Source: the human T2T-CHM13v2.0 reference genome, Homo sapiens
Strand: one strand, 5' to 3'
Assembly: GCF_009914755.1 (NCBI RefSeq)
Contig: NC_060939.1
DNA: 64,000 nucleotides
The notes beneath the pieces were generated by a model. It made no database searches and was not told where the DNA came from. It saw only the letters and a program-made list of their open reading frames with translations. Below are positions 41,607-56,037 of the stretch, piece after piece (within the stretch, counting starts at the first letter, position 1; each line of letters opens with the position of its first letter). A program made the translations under genes and the position numbers.

Positions 41607-42339
41607 CTGCCAGACGGGAGGAAAGAGAGAGAGAACGACTGGGTGAGAGGCCAGCCTCTCCGGAGGGCCTTCCGGCCGGATCCTGGAATTGCTGCCCTGT
41701 GGTGGGAGAGAGGGAGGCAGACTCAGGAAGCTTTTCAGCCAACCCTGGACATAACTCAGAGTATCGGCACAGAGGGAGTGACTTGAGTGGTCCTCTGGTT
41801 GGATGGTCTCCTCAGCACAGACATCTTTCTGCAACCAACACCCCTACGGCAGACAGAATTATCTGGTCACGGCCTCCCTGTAGGGAATTACGTATCTGCT
41901 TGTCGTCATAGGACCTGCTTCTTTCGACAGGGTGTGAGTGAAGAGGATGCTGGCGGCGTCCCGGCAGAAGCTCTGAATGTGGTTATGTGGTTTGGCTCTG
42001 ATTCTCTTTACTTCTTACCCTCTGCTGGGAGAACAGTCCCAGTACAGGGAATGTCCCTACAGACAGCCCGCACCACTACCGCCTGCGCTACTGTCAGTGA
42101 TGGAGATGTTGCAGTTGTTTGTTGCTGCGGCAATAGGGGATTGATACAGCCACTGACAAAGAACCCCCCAGCCCACACCGGTCCCAGCTTGATTAACCAG
42201 AACTAGGCCCTCCCTGCTTTCCAGAGCCTGGGCCCTCCGGAGATGGCTGTGGTGCCTGAGAGTGGCACGTTGTGGGCCATGGGAAGACAGAGGCTGTTGA
42301 GGTTGGCGTCTGAAAGTGTTCTTCTAAAACTTCGGCTCA

Positions 42340-42788
<449 letters not shown>

Positions 42789-44488
42789 CTAAGGGATCTC
42801 CCCTGCTTGCTTTCTGGATGAGCCAACTGGCTTTGCCCTTTCTTGTCCTGCCTCATAAACTCCTCGCTTCCAAGAGTTCGCCACCTGACAAAGCAGCTTG
42901 ACCTGTGCACTGCCAGGTCTGACAGCCACTCAGTTCCTCCTCATTAGTCAAAAACAGTCCTGAATCCCGCCCCAAACCAAGTCTGATCATGCCATGCCGG
43001 GCCATCCCACTGTTGAGCAATGTCTACCGCTTTTGCCCACTGGCAGGATCCTTTGAACGGGTACTGGACGGTGCCAGCTGTCTCTCGCTTTCCGGTCCCA
43101 GCTGAGTGGCTCATCTGCCCATCCAGGCACTGCAGATTTATCGAGGGCCTCCCACGTGCCAGGCACCTTCTAGGTTCTGATGAGGAAGCAGTGAGTGAAG
43201 CAAAGTCCCTGCCCTCTGAAGCTTACATTCTGAGGGGGGCAGACCATATATAGCCACTGAACCATATATATCACCATAGCATCTATAACAAATATACTAA
43301 ATGAGATTAGAGACCGTAACACACAGTCACAAGTGCTCTAGAGACAAGTCAAGCAGCGTGAGCAGAACAGGGAGTGGGTGGGGGTGTTATCTTACAGCAG
43401 GATGCAGGGAAGGCCTCGCTGGGAAGTGGACATCTCAGGAGAGCCTGGGAGGAAGTGAGCCCCGTGACTACGTGGGAAAAGGCTTCCAAGGCAGAGGTCA
43501 CAGGGGTGCAAAGGCCCTGGTGGAGGGGCACGCTGGCGGGGTGGAGGCGGAGTGAGGAAGGGGAGAGCGAGGGGAAAGGATGGGATTTGGGGGGCAGAAG
43601 GGTGAGATACCTAGGGCCTGGCTGGCCCTGGTGGCTCTTGTTCAAATAAGATGGAATACTGGAGGGTTTTGAGAGAGGAGTGACATGTTCCTTTCGGCTC
43701 TGAGAGGACCACTGGCTCGGTGTGGATACCAGTTTATAGTGGGCAGAAGCAGCGGCAGGGAGACCAGAGAGGAGGCTCCTACGGCAGTCCCAGTGACGAC
43801 GGCACTGGTCTGAACCAACTGGGGTGGCGCCGGCATCTCTGGCGCTGAGAAGACAGAGCCACCTGGGCTCCTCCCTCCACCCCAGGTTGTCCCTCCTTGT
43901 CCCAGAGCACCTCCTCTGGAGCTAAGTTCCAATCCTCTTGGCAGAATCATCACTCTATCCTCAGGCTTCTGGGGCCTAACTCCAGTGAAGCCCTTCTTGG
44001 ATCCATGGCTCGCATGGCAGGGATGGGAGCCACAGTGACTCCCTTGGGGTGCAGTTGTGAGGACAAGTGGCACATTGTCCATAAACTGCTTACAACAGTG
44101 TCTGGCACACCTGAAGCCCGTGTAAATGTAACTCTTAGCTATCATTGCTGTCATTGTCTCCTTGGTAGGAGATGGAGAACTCCTGCAGGGTGGCCATGAG
44201 CCTCCCATCTCAGCACCTGGCCACACTCAGCACGAAGAGAATTGAGCTAAATTCTACACATTTCTCCTAGTTCATTTCTCCTAGTTCTGGTCTTTGGAGT
44301 AACCCAGAGGCCTTCTTAAATATGTGAAGACAGTTCTTTTGTTCCCCTTTAAGTTTTCTCTTCTTTTGGCCAAGAGTTTGTGTGGCAGATGTTCAATCCC
44401 TCCCATTCATTTTCTACTCAGTCACGACTTTTCTTCCAGAGGACAACATGGCCCAGATGTGGCCTGGAAGCAGCAAGAATGAATGTGA

Positions 44489-44893
<405 letters not shown>

Positions 44894-45389
44894 TAAAGGA
44901 GACATCTTTAAAATGAATAAAAACGTATGCTTATTTCTCTCATTGCTCCTGAGAAATGGTGAAAGCTTTCAGAACAGACTGGTTTCTAGAATCATCACTG
45001 TAGAAGTATTGGCTCCAGGACATAGACCTTATGCCTGCTGGGGGCTATGGTCAAGAAAATAGAGGGAAGAACACCAGAAGGTGCTCTTGGATGGAGATAT
45101 GGAAAATATTCAGCGGGGCAGACATTTACTGAGCATCAGCCAGGTTCACTAGACTTCTGGGCCTTCAGAGGACCCAAAGCTCTCCCCAGGGTGAGAATGA
45201 TGAAGGCCATGATCCAGGCATGCCCATTACCCCTGAATCTAGAATCAGCCACATCTCTCCTGAAGGAAAACAATGTCTGTACTTGGGAAGAAGAGGCACA
45301 GAATAGGAGATTGGTAGCTGTGTCATTTCTTTCTTTGCTCACAATCACAAAATAAACTGGTCTCTTTTCCTTTTTTTTTTTTTTTTAAA

Positions 45390-45685
45390 GAAGGAAAGTG
45401 GTTGGAGCACAGAGAATTTTTAGGGCAGTGAAACTGCTTTGTATGATGCTATAACGGTGGAAACATGTCATAAATCTGTCCAAACCCACAAAATGTGCAA
45501 CACTGAGAATGAAGCCTAAGATGAACCATAGATGTGGGTGACGATGATGTCGTGATGTGTCAGGGTAGGTCCCTCAGCGGTAACGAATGTAGCACTCTGG
45601 CGGGGAGACCATGCGTGCCTGCAGCAGGCAGTGTGTGAGAAATCTCTCTGTACCTTCCTCTCAATTTTGATGTGAACCTACAAGT
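45390..45685 (+). mobile_element. L1MC-type 3' end fragment
   Basis: agagaatttttagggcagtgaaact...gaaatctctctgtaccttcctctcaattttgatgtgaaccta. Confidence 0.65.
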
Positions 45686-45705
45686 ACTCCACAGAATCAA
45701 GTCTA

Positions 45706-46086
<381 letters not shown>

Positions 46087-47584
46087 TCATCAATGTTGTC
46101 CAACTTGATACTATTTCTATATTTTTAAGCAGCCAGATTAAACATATTAACTTCCCCATCCTGGGCTGCTTTTTGTCTCTCATGAACTGACTCCCACAAG
46201 ATCTCCTTTGTCCTGCCCTTTTGCAGTTGACTTTGTGAATAAAGACGTCAGGCTTTAGGGTGAGACCTGTTTGGCGCTATTGTGCTGACCCCAGCTGTGA
46301 AAACGGCTTTGAGTCTGCTCCCGCCTTTGCTTGTGCTGTGCTTCCAGGGCCAAGCCTGAGAAGTGGGGCCCCTCTGTCTTGCTCATGGGGATGCCACTTG
46401 GCATGCCGTAGGCCACAGGGTGCATGGCCATTCCCAGCACGTGACCACGGCAGGTGCTCTAGTGGACGTGAGCAGCGACTCTGGTTGACACAGAGGCCAC
46501 ATCCAGGACACACTGGGGGGACGAGGGAAGAGCTGGGCGAGGCTCAGCAGTCCTGCCCTGATGTCTCTACATCCGCCGTCACCTCGCTGACTTAAAAAGC
46601 CAGATCTGCGGGGAAACAGAGTCAAGAGGAACGTGGAAAAAGCAAAAATGTCATTCAAAAAGTTTTGTAGATTTAAGAGGCTTCCCACAAAAGTGATTTC
46701 TTGATTTGAGCAATTTGGAGAAATGGCCCTGGGAGGGGCACTGTTTTCACATGGGAGATTCCTGCAGAGCAGTGAGGGGCGGCTGGCTGTCCTGCCTCTT
46801 CTCTCCTTTGCTTCTTGTGCCAGAATGGAACATACCTCATGCATCCCTCCTTCCTGCTGTCCAGCCCTTTCCCGCGGAGTTCTTACAATCTCCCTCCTTG
46901 TCACAGCCCAGAGCCTCACAGGGGGAGGGTTACACAGCCCCCAGCACATGAGGTGTAGGTGCAGCCCACGGGTGCCGCCCTGCTCCTCAGCCAGGGATGC
47001 TCTGCCATTCACCCCTCCTCTGGGGCTGCCCCTGCCTCCCTCCTATGGTGCAATGGGCATCGCCAGATGGACTGATAAACTCTCATGTCCTGGGGCCCCT
47101 GGAATTCAAAAACAAGCTCCACCTGCCGAGAGCACAGCCTCCCAACCCCACCATGGGGGACCTCGAGTCTCCCCATAAGAGAGGAGCACAAATGCACTCA
47201 CGACCATGGGTCCCACACCAGGCAGCTCAGGGCACAGCCCTTGCTCCACGCCCTTCCTTCTACTTCCCAGCTCCACCTGGGGTTCTAGATGTATAGTCAG
47301 AAATACGGCTCAGCCCACAGGAGCCACATAACCAGCCGGATCAGCAGTATACGAGGCTCACTGCTGCAGAGGAGGTGAACACGGGGCTGTGGGGGCCCAG
47401 GGAGGCGACTTGCTCTGCCTCAGGGTTGGGGAAGTGATGTCTGAGCTGAGTCTCAGTCAGCAGGGTTGGCCGCGAGTAAGCGAGGCCACTGTATCCTGTT
47501 TTACTCAGTTTTAAACTCTATCATCCAGTGTTAGAATGATGCATAGCCACTGAATGGCTATGTGGATAGATTAAAAAACGGTAT

Positions 47585-48060
47585 GGTAAGATGTTTGCAC
47601 ACCTGTGTTCACAGCAGCATTATTCACAATAGCCAAAAGGTGGAAACGATGCAAGTGTCCATCAAAGGATGAATAAAGTGTAGTATATGCATACAAGGGA
47701 ATATTATTTAGTTGTCAAAAAGGAGATTCTGATGCATGCTACAACATGGATGAGCTTCATGCCAAGAGAAAGAAGCCAATAACCAAAGGAGAAATCCTGT
47801 GCAATTCCACTTATGTGAGATCCCTGGAGCAGTCAGATTTATAGAGACAAAGTAGAATGATGGTTGCCAGGAGCTGAGGGGAAGGGGAATAGGGAGTGAG
47901 TGTTTAATGGGGGCAGACCTTCAGCTGAAGAAGATAGAAAAGTTCTGTGTTTGGATGGTGGTGATGGCTGCACAAGGTGAATGTACTTACTGCCACTGAA
48001 CTGTACATTTACAAATGGTAAGATGGTAAATTTTATGTGTATTTTACCACAATTAAAAGA
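47585..48060 (+). mobile_element. L1MB-type 3' end fragment
   Basis: ttcacagcagcattattcacaatagccaaaaggtggaaac...tggtaaattttatgtgtattttaccacaattaaaa. Confidence 0.8.
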
Positions 48061-48623
48061 ATGATGTCAGTGGGTGGTTAGAAGCAAGTTGTAAATCAGT
48101 GAAGAAAAGTCGCAGAAGCGAAGTGTTTCTTAAGCCGCAGGCAGCCGAAGGGGAGAGCAGAGCGCTGTGCCCGGGGTGCACACGTTCACACCTGCAGTGC
48201 AGGAGGAGCCGTCTACGGGGGTTGCTGTGTGGACTTTGTGTACAAGCACTCCGCAGCGTATTTTAGCTGTTTTTCAGCTAGACTTTTTGCTTCTGATCTT
48301 GACAAATCTCAATGAGGTATGGGCAGAAAATGACTTCCTTAAAACTTCTTTTTTTGGTGGCATAAAGAAATCATTTCACCCAACCCCCCCTGGCTCCAGG
48401 AGCCCACCTACGACACTTGAACGACACTGTGCAACTCACCACCACAGTCAAATCACGTTGACTTTAAATCCAGTAATTTGGGAAAGGAACTGTAGTTCCG
48501 TAAAACAATTTATATTCCAATTACATTGTAAGCCCTATTTTTTTCCACTAGTAAGCCCCAAAAAACTTTAACAGCAATATTTATTAGCCAAGTTTGAGGT
48601 AGCTGCTCTTCTTAAAAGCATGA

Positions 48624-49079
<456 letters not shown>

Positions 49080-49254
49080 TAATTCTTTAGGAAGTCACAG
49101 TTAACGCTTCTCTAATTCAGGGCACCCCTTCTCCTGATCCTCCTGCGACTCTGCTTCCTTTCCTGCCTAGCACTGACTCAGTTCCTCTGCATATGCTTCA
49201 AGTTAAATCATCCTAATGAGATGCCTCAGGCAGCTCAGTGACCATATGAGACCC

Positions 49255-50340
49255 TGTATTCTTAGTGCTACTGTAACAAATTACCCCCAACTTAATGGCT
49301 CAAAATAACACAGATTTATTATCTTACAGTTCTGGAGGTCAGAAGTCTGGCATGAGTCTCTCAAATCTAAAACCAGGGTGCTGAGAGGGCTGGTTCCTCC
49401 TGGAGACTCCAGGGAAGAATCTGTCTCCTGCCTTTTCCAGCTCCATGCTGCCCCATTCCTTCTTTTCCAGCTCCACGCTGCCCCACTCCTTGGCTTGGGG
49501 CGTCTTCCTCCATCCTCAAGACCAGCAGTGGTGGGGGAGTGTTTCTCACACTGTGTCACTCCGACCTTCTCTTCTGCCTCATCTCCTACCTGGAAGGACC
49601 CTTGTGATGACCCCAGACTCACCCAGATAATCCAGAATAATCTACTTTAAGGCCAGCTGATTACCAACCCGATAATCAGTTGGCCTTAAAATTTGCCGAT
49701 AAAAGGACTGCTAATAAAAGCATCACAACTGACTACCAACCTGTATTAGTTTGCTAGGATTGTCGATAAAAGTATCACGAATTGGGTGGCTTAAAACAAC
49801 AGGAATCTATTCCCTCACAGTTTTGGAGGCCAGAAGTCCAAAACCATGGTGTCAGTGTGGCTGGTCCTCCCAAGGGCCCTGAAGGAGAACGTGTTCTGTG
49901 TCTCTCTCCTAGGTTCTGGTGGCGGCTGGGAAGCCTTGGTGTTCCCTGGCATGCAGAAGCATCACTCCAGCCCCAGCCCCAGCCCCAGCCCCAGCCTGCA
50001 TCTTCCCACAGTGTCCTCTGTGTGTCTGTGTCCTTACATGACCCTCTTCTTATAAGGATACCTGTCATATCAGATCAGGGCCCAACCCTACTTCAGTATG
50101 ATATCATTTTACCTAATTACATCTGCCACGACCCTGTTTCCAAATAAGGTCACATTCTGAGATACTGGGGGTTAGGACTTCAATAAAAGAATTTTGAAGA
50201 GGACACAATTCAATCCATACCACAACCTTAACACCATCTGCAACCTTAACTCCTCTTGGCCACACAGGAGGCCACATATTCTCAGGTTCTACGGATTAGA
50301 ATGTGGACACCTGTGGGGCCGTTATTCTGCCAACCACACA
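49255..50340 (-). mobile_element. Nested MLT1 LTRs: an MLT1C/B-like LTR (~49742-50224) inside an MLT1D-like LTR
   Basis: Two successive blocks of ggct(c/t)aaa..aca....tatt..ct.acagtt.tggagg.cagaagtc; the outer element resumes at accttaacaccatctgcaacc after 50224. Confidence 0.75.
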
Positions 50341-51434
50341 CTCACTGCATTCCCAATTCTGAAAAAACTCAGCTCCTATTTAAAATTCAATTTCTATTTA
50401 CATCTTGATTTGGCTGAGATTTAAACTAGGTAAAGGCCTTGTGAGGTCTGCTGATGTGACAGTTGTTGCAAAGAAACAATGCCATCATCAGGGTCACACT
50501 TTTCTGACACAGTTATTTTATGTTGAATATAGAGGGAATCTCAAACGCAGGTAGCCAAAGAGAGAGCCCTGGTAGGTCGTTATTTTCAACAACTTTAAAT
50601 TATCAAAAAACAGCATGAGATGTTGTATTCCAGCACAATCTGGGCTAACAAGTGGTTTGTCCAGGGGTCCAGTGTTAACTTTGTGCCTCCTCAGAATGGG
50701 CGCAAAAGAAGGCGCTGGTATCGACTGAGTGTCTAATCTGTGCCAATCTCTGTGCTAGGAATGTTCCCCACATTCACTCAGTTAATCAAAGTAAGGAAAC
50801 AGGTGCCTGTATGTGATTCTCTGAGCATCTGTTAGAGACAGGCCAATTCCAGGCAGGGCATCAAGAAGTCAATCATACAACATGGCAGCATAAAAAGGGT
50901 GGCAAACACCGCCCAAGCTCCAGAAAATGCAGGCCAGGCCAAAGGAAGCAGCCACTGGCACGGTCAACCCGCTCAGTCTCAGCCTCTTTGTTCCCAGATA
51001 CGTGAGTGTCAACCTCACGTTGAGTCCTGAACCAAGGGCTGGGACACCTGACTCAGTTTCCCCACCTTCACAAACCTCAGGCAAGTGTGTGGTCCTCAGG
51101 GGTGGGAGAAACATAAAAACAGACAATTTCTTTAACATCTGACAAGTGCTGTGAAGGAACTGGAGCTTGGGTTGGGTCCTGAAGGTCAAAGTGGAGCTGG
51201 TCAACCAAATAAGCGGGGCTCAGCATTCAGACGGAGGGAGCCTGCCCTCACAATGTCCAGGAGGTGGAGGGACTGTGGTGCAACTGACAAGTCTGGGATG
51301 TCTGGTCCACACCTTAAGGCTGGGGTGGGAGAGAGGTGGCCTTTGGTACACTCAGGAATCATGTGCCAGAGGGCAAGATGATGGCTTTCCCCAAGGCAGT
51401 GGTGGCAAGGGGACAACATGCCTTGGTAGAAGAC

Positions 51435-52032
<598 letters not shown>

Positions 52033-52849
52033 TAGTGCTGGGGCCTGAAAGGCATCTTTGGATTTGGCAGCAGGGAAAGGCTGCTGGCCCAGAAGAGGCC
52101 TCAGGGGGAAGCAGGGATGGATGGGTGAAGGAGAGGGTGGTCCCAATGCCTCTTAAGAAACGTGGTCTGATGCTTGCTGAGTGGGCTCTGCAGACCCTCC
52201 CTCTTAGAGGGGCACTGAACTTTGGAAACCAGGCCTGCCCAGAGGTGCCTGGGAGTCGGAGGGGGTGTGTGGGGGCCTGTGAGCCTCTGGCCTAGTGTAC
52301 TGTGTGAGGAAGAGGAGAGGACAAGGGGATTTCTGTGGCCAGGGGAAGCACCCAGGGTGACCAAGAGGTAGAAGCAGCCACTGAGAACAGGCTGCTGCAG
52401 ACACATGGGAATGGGACCCTGCCCACAGGTGGTGCCTCATGGAAGAGTCATCGTGGGCCAAACAGTAGAGCCCGTGACTCATCAGAGGCAATATCCAAGA
52501 TGGGGCAGCCAAGGGGAAGGAGGCCAGGGCCCGGGGGCCCAGGAGGACACCTGAGGGGAAGGCTTGGCCTTGGCCAGCGCTGGACTGCCATCTCCCCTTG
52601 GGGTCTGGTGACGAGCCTGGGCTGGTGGATTATGGCATCCTGACAAGGAGCCCAGCCTGAAGAGTGATCTCGTCCCTTCCTGTCCCAGGGAGACTTGGGC
52701 ATCTGATCTGGAAAGCGAGATGGATCAGAGTTCTCACTTCTCATTTATTGTCTGCCCTGAGCCAGCCTGAAAAAACAGGCCCACACCTACCCCTGGTGGG
52801 TCAGCCCTGTGACTCTAACACACATGTGGTCACCCCTCCAGTTTGTGCC

Positions 52850-53155
52850 GTTTTTGTTTGTTCGTTTGTTTCTGAGACTGGATCTCACTCTGTCACTCAG
52901 TGTAGAGTGCAGTGGTGCAATCTTGGCTCACTGCAGCCTCGACCTCTTGGGGCTCAAGTGATCCTTCTACCTCAGCCTACTGCATAGCTGGGACGACAGG
53001 CGTGTGTCACCATGCCCGGCTAATTTTTTGATTTTCTGTAGAGACAAGGTCTCACTATATTGCCTAGCCTGGTCTTGAACTCCTGGGATCAAGCGATCCT
53101 CCCTTCTCAGCCTCCCAAAGTGCTAGGATTAGAGATGTGAGCCACTGCGCCTGGC
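52850..53155 (-). mobile_element. Alu (J-like)
   Basis: Diverged Alu consensus. Confidence 0.88.
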
Positions 53156-53920
53156 ATACCCTGTCCTTTTCTACCCGCTGTCTCATTCTCATGCCCACTG
53201 TAACTCCCAGAGGAAGAGGCATGAGACCTGCTGGTTTCCCTTTACAGAGGGAGAAAACAACTTGGAGAGGCAGCAAGACTGGCCTCGGGCTCCCCTATTC
53301 CTATGTAGGTGGGTCCTCTGTGCCTCAGTTCAGGGGCTTTCTTTTTTTATTCATATAATCCTACTTCCAGCACGGGTGCACCTGACTAGCCTCATCATGA
53401 CCCTGAAAGTTCCAGGTGCCCACATACTGAAGTCAGACCTTCTCAAATTCTCAGAAGGACCTGGACAGACCCAGACTCAAGTCCTCACCCCACTGACTCC
53501 CCAGCTGTGCCACCTTGGGGGAGTCTGTGCTCAAGCCTCAGTTTCCTTCTTTGTGAGATGTTGCTCTCATGTCACAGGCTTGTTGGAGGCGTGACTCAGG
53601 TGACCTCTACCGAGCACTCAGCCCAGGCCTGACACTCCACAGGCCCGATCAACCCCAGCTTATTACAACTGTTGTGCCCGTTACTCTCCATCCAGACATC
53701 GGTCTTGTTAAGAGGAGTTGCTGTTCCCCCAAAGCCCTCTGGAATGGACAGTCTATGTGGACGGTCCGAACCAAAACAGAGATGGTCACATTCATCTTAA
53801 TTTTTTTTTCTAACTTTCAACAGATTTACATGATTTAGACATGAGGGACAGAACACTCACAGCTGAAGGCCTCTGAGTACTGAATCCTATTTTGGATTTA
53901 CCTGCTCTGAGCTTTGAGTT

Positions 53921-54282
53921 TGATATGGTTTGGCTGTGTCCTCACCTGAATCTCATCTTGAATTGTAGCTCCTATAATTCCCATGTGTCGTGGGAGGGAC
54001 CTGGTGGGAGGTAACTGAATCATGAGGGTGGTTTTTTTCCCGTGCTGTTCTCAAGATAGCGAATAAGTCTTGAGATCTGATGGTTTTATAAAGGGCAGTT
54101 CCCCGGCACATGCCTTCTTGTCTGCCACCATGTAAGATGTGCCTTTGTTCTCTTTTGGCTTCTGCCATAACTGTGAGGCCTCCCCTGCCACGTGCAACTG
54201 CGAGTCCATTAAACCTCTTTCCTTTATAAATTGCCCACTCTCGGGTATGTCTTTATTAGCAGCATGAGAACAGACTAATACA
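53921..54282 (+). mobile_element. THE1 solo LTR (THE1B-like)
   Basis: tgatatggtttggctgtgtc...agcagcatgagaacagactaataca; TSD gagtt/gggtt. Confidence 0.9.
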
Positions 54283-55260
54283 GGGTTCCTCACCCATAAA
54301 TCAGGGGCAAGAGCAGTGGGCGTGTGTGTGAGGACTGAATGATAAGTAAATATATTGGGCATGGGGAAATCAGGAGGTGCCTGCACAGGGGATGCTCCAG
54401 GCATGCACATCCCTTCCTTCTCTCCGTGGTGCAGGACCAGGGAGAAAGCAAGCACTCTGTTCTGCTTTGCTGTGGGAGGCAAGGCCCTTCCCAGTGCACC
54501 TGCAACACTGTTCTCCACGTGTGCTGCGAGCCTATGGGTGAGAGGCTGTGGCAGGAGCTGGCCAGCCAAGAGGCCATGCTCCCAGGCCCTTCCCAAAAAA
54601 GACCAGCGTCAGAGGTTCCTGTCTGCCTGAGACTGGGTCCCTCTCACAGCTCCTGGCAGATGACAGCCAGCAACTCTGTTACGAGAACAACCAAAACACA
54701 GCTTTAACATGTGCCATGCATAGTCCTGAAGACCTGTGGCTGCTTTTATTGAACAGATGTCTGCAAAGGAGTGAGGTGAGGAGGTACAACTGGGACTTTA
54801 CTAGCTGGGCTGCAATGTTCTCCCAGGGGACCCAGAGGGACGCTTTACAGGCACACGTGAGGCTTCCATGCAGCCTTTCTCCATTTAAAACTCGAGAATT
54901 ATGAGTTCTCATATACATTTCCCTGAAAAGTAATATTATTCCCATATTTGCTTTTTGAAAGAGGAAATGAAAATCTACAGCACACTGTGAGGAGCACGGC
55001 ACCATCTGTGAATGTGCGCGTCTCCGGAAGCCGGCGGTTCTACGTGCAGAGAGGCCCCGCGACGCAGACAACGTTGTCTTTTGCTAACAGTGAGGACTAC
55101 TGAGAAACCACTTTCAGCCTTAAATCCTGTATAAAAAACACTGATTTTGAGGCTTCAGTTAATTAGTTCAACCCCAAGAATCGAGATGGGTGATCAGCCA
55201 GGGTCTTTCCATGTTTTCCTGAAAAAATTCTTGGGCCATGATGGTTAGTTCTCATTTGCT

Positions 55261-55832
55261 GGGGAAAGAGACAGAAAGGAAGGAAGGAAGAAGGGAGGGA
55301 AGTAAAGGAGGAGGGAGGGGAGGGAAGGAAAGGAGGGATGGGAGGGAGGGAGGGGAAGGAAAGGAGAGATGGGAGGGAGGGAAGGAAAGGAGGGATGGGA
55401 GGGTGGGAAGGAAAGGAGGGATGGGAGGGTGGGAGAGAAGGAAAGGATGGGAGGGAGGGAGGGAAGGAAAGGAGGGATGGGAGGGAGGGAGGGAAGGAAA
55501 GGAGGGATGGGAGGGAGGGAGGGAAGGAAAGGAGGGATGGGAGGGAGGGAGGGAAGGAAAGGAGGGAGGGAGGGAGGGATGGGAGGGAGGGAGGGAAGGA
55601 AAGGAGGGATGGGAGGGAGGGAGGGAAGGAAAGGAGGGATGGGAGGGAGGGAGGGAAGGAAAGGAGGGATGGGAGGGAGGGAGGGAAGGAAAGGAGGAGG
55701 GACGGGAGGGAGAGAAGGAAAGGCAGTAAGGACAGAAGGGAGGGAAGGAAGGAGGAAAGGAAAGAAGAAAGGGAGGAATGAGGAAAGGAAAAGAAGGAAG
55801 GAAGGAAAGGAGAGAACAAAGGCAGGCAGGAA
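55261..55832. repeat. Polypurine/polypyrimidine tract with ~30 bp tandem unit
   Basis: Repeats of gggagggagggagggaaggaaaggagggat; almost only G/A on the plus strand. Confidence 0.95.
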
Positions 55833-55929
55833 GATTTTCAACACTTTGCTATTATAAAATATGGTTTAAGGGAAAGTATTTCTAAAATAGATTCTCTAGT
55901 TATTATACCAGCTAAGCCTTTTTCAGAGC

Positions 55930-56037
55930 TTCCTATGTGCCAGGCAATGTTCTAAGCACTTTATATGATTCAACTTATTTGATCCTTGCATTGATCCTAT
56001 AAAGATCCATTCTATAGGTGAGGAAACTGAGGCACAG
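55930..56037 (-). mobile_element. MIR fragment abutting the truncated L1 end
   Basis: ctatgtgccaggcaatgttctaagcacttta...ggtgaggaaactgaggcacag MIR core. Confidence 0.75.

Noticed and set aside
47540-47562. Small hairpin catagcca-ctgaa-tggctatg, plus short duplications near 39085, 44260 and 49430
   Set aside because: Short enough to arise by chance or ordinary slippage in 64 kb.
55163-55857. Long ORFs of 147-218 aa on both strands
   Set aside because: Low-complexity translations of the GA-rich tandem repeat; open only because the repeat lacks stop codons.
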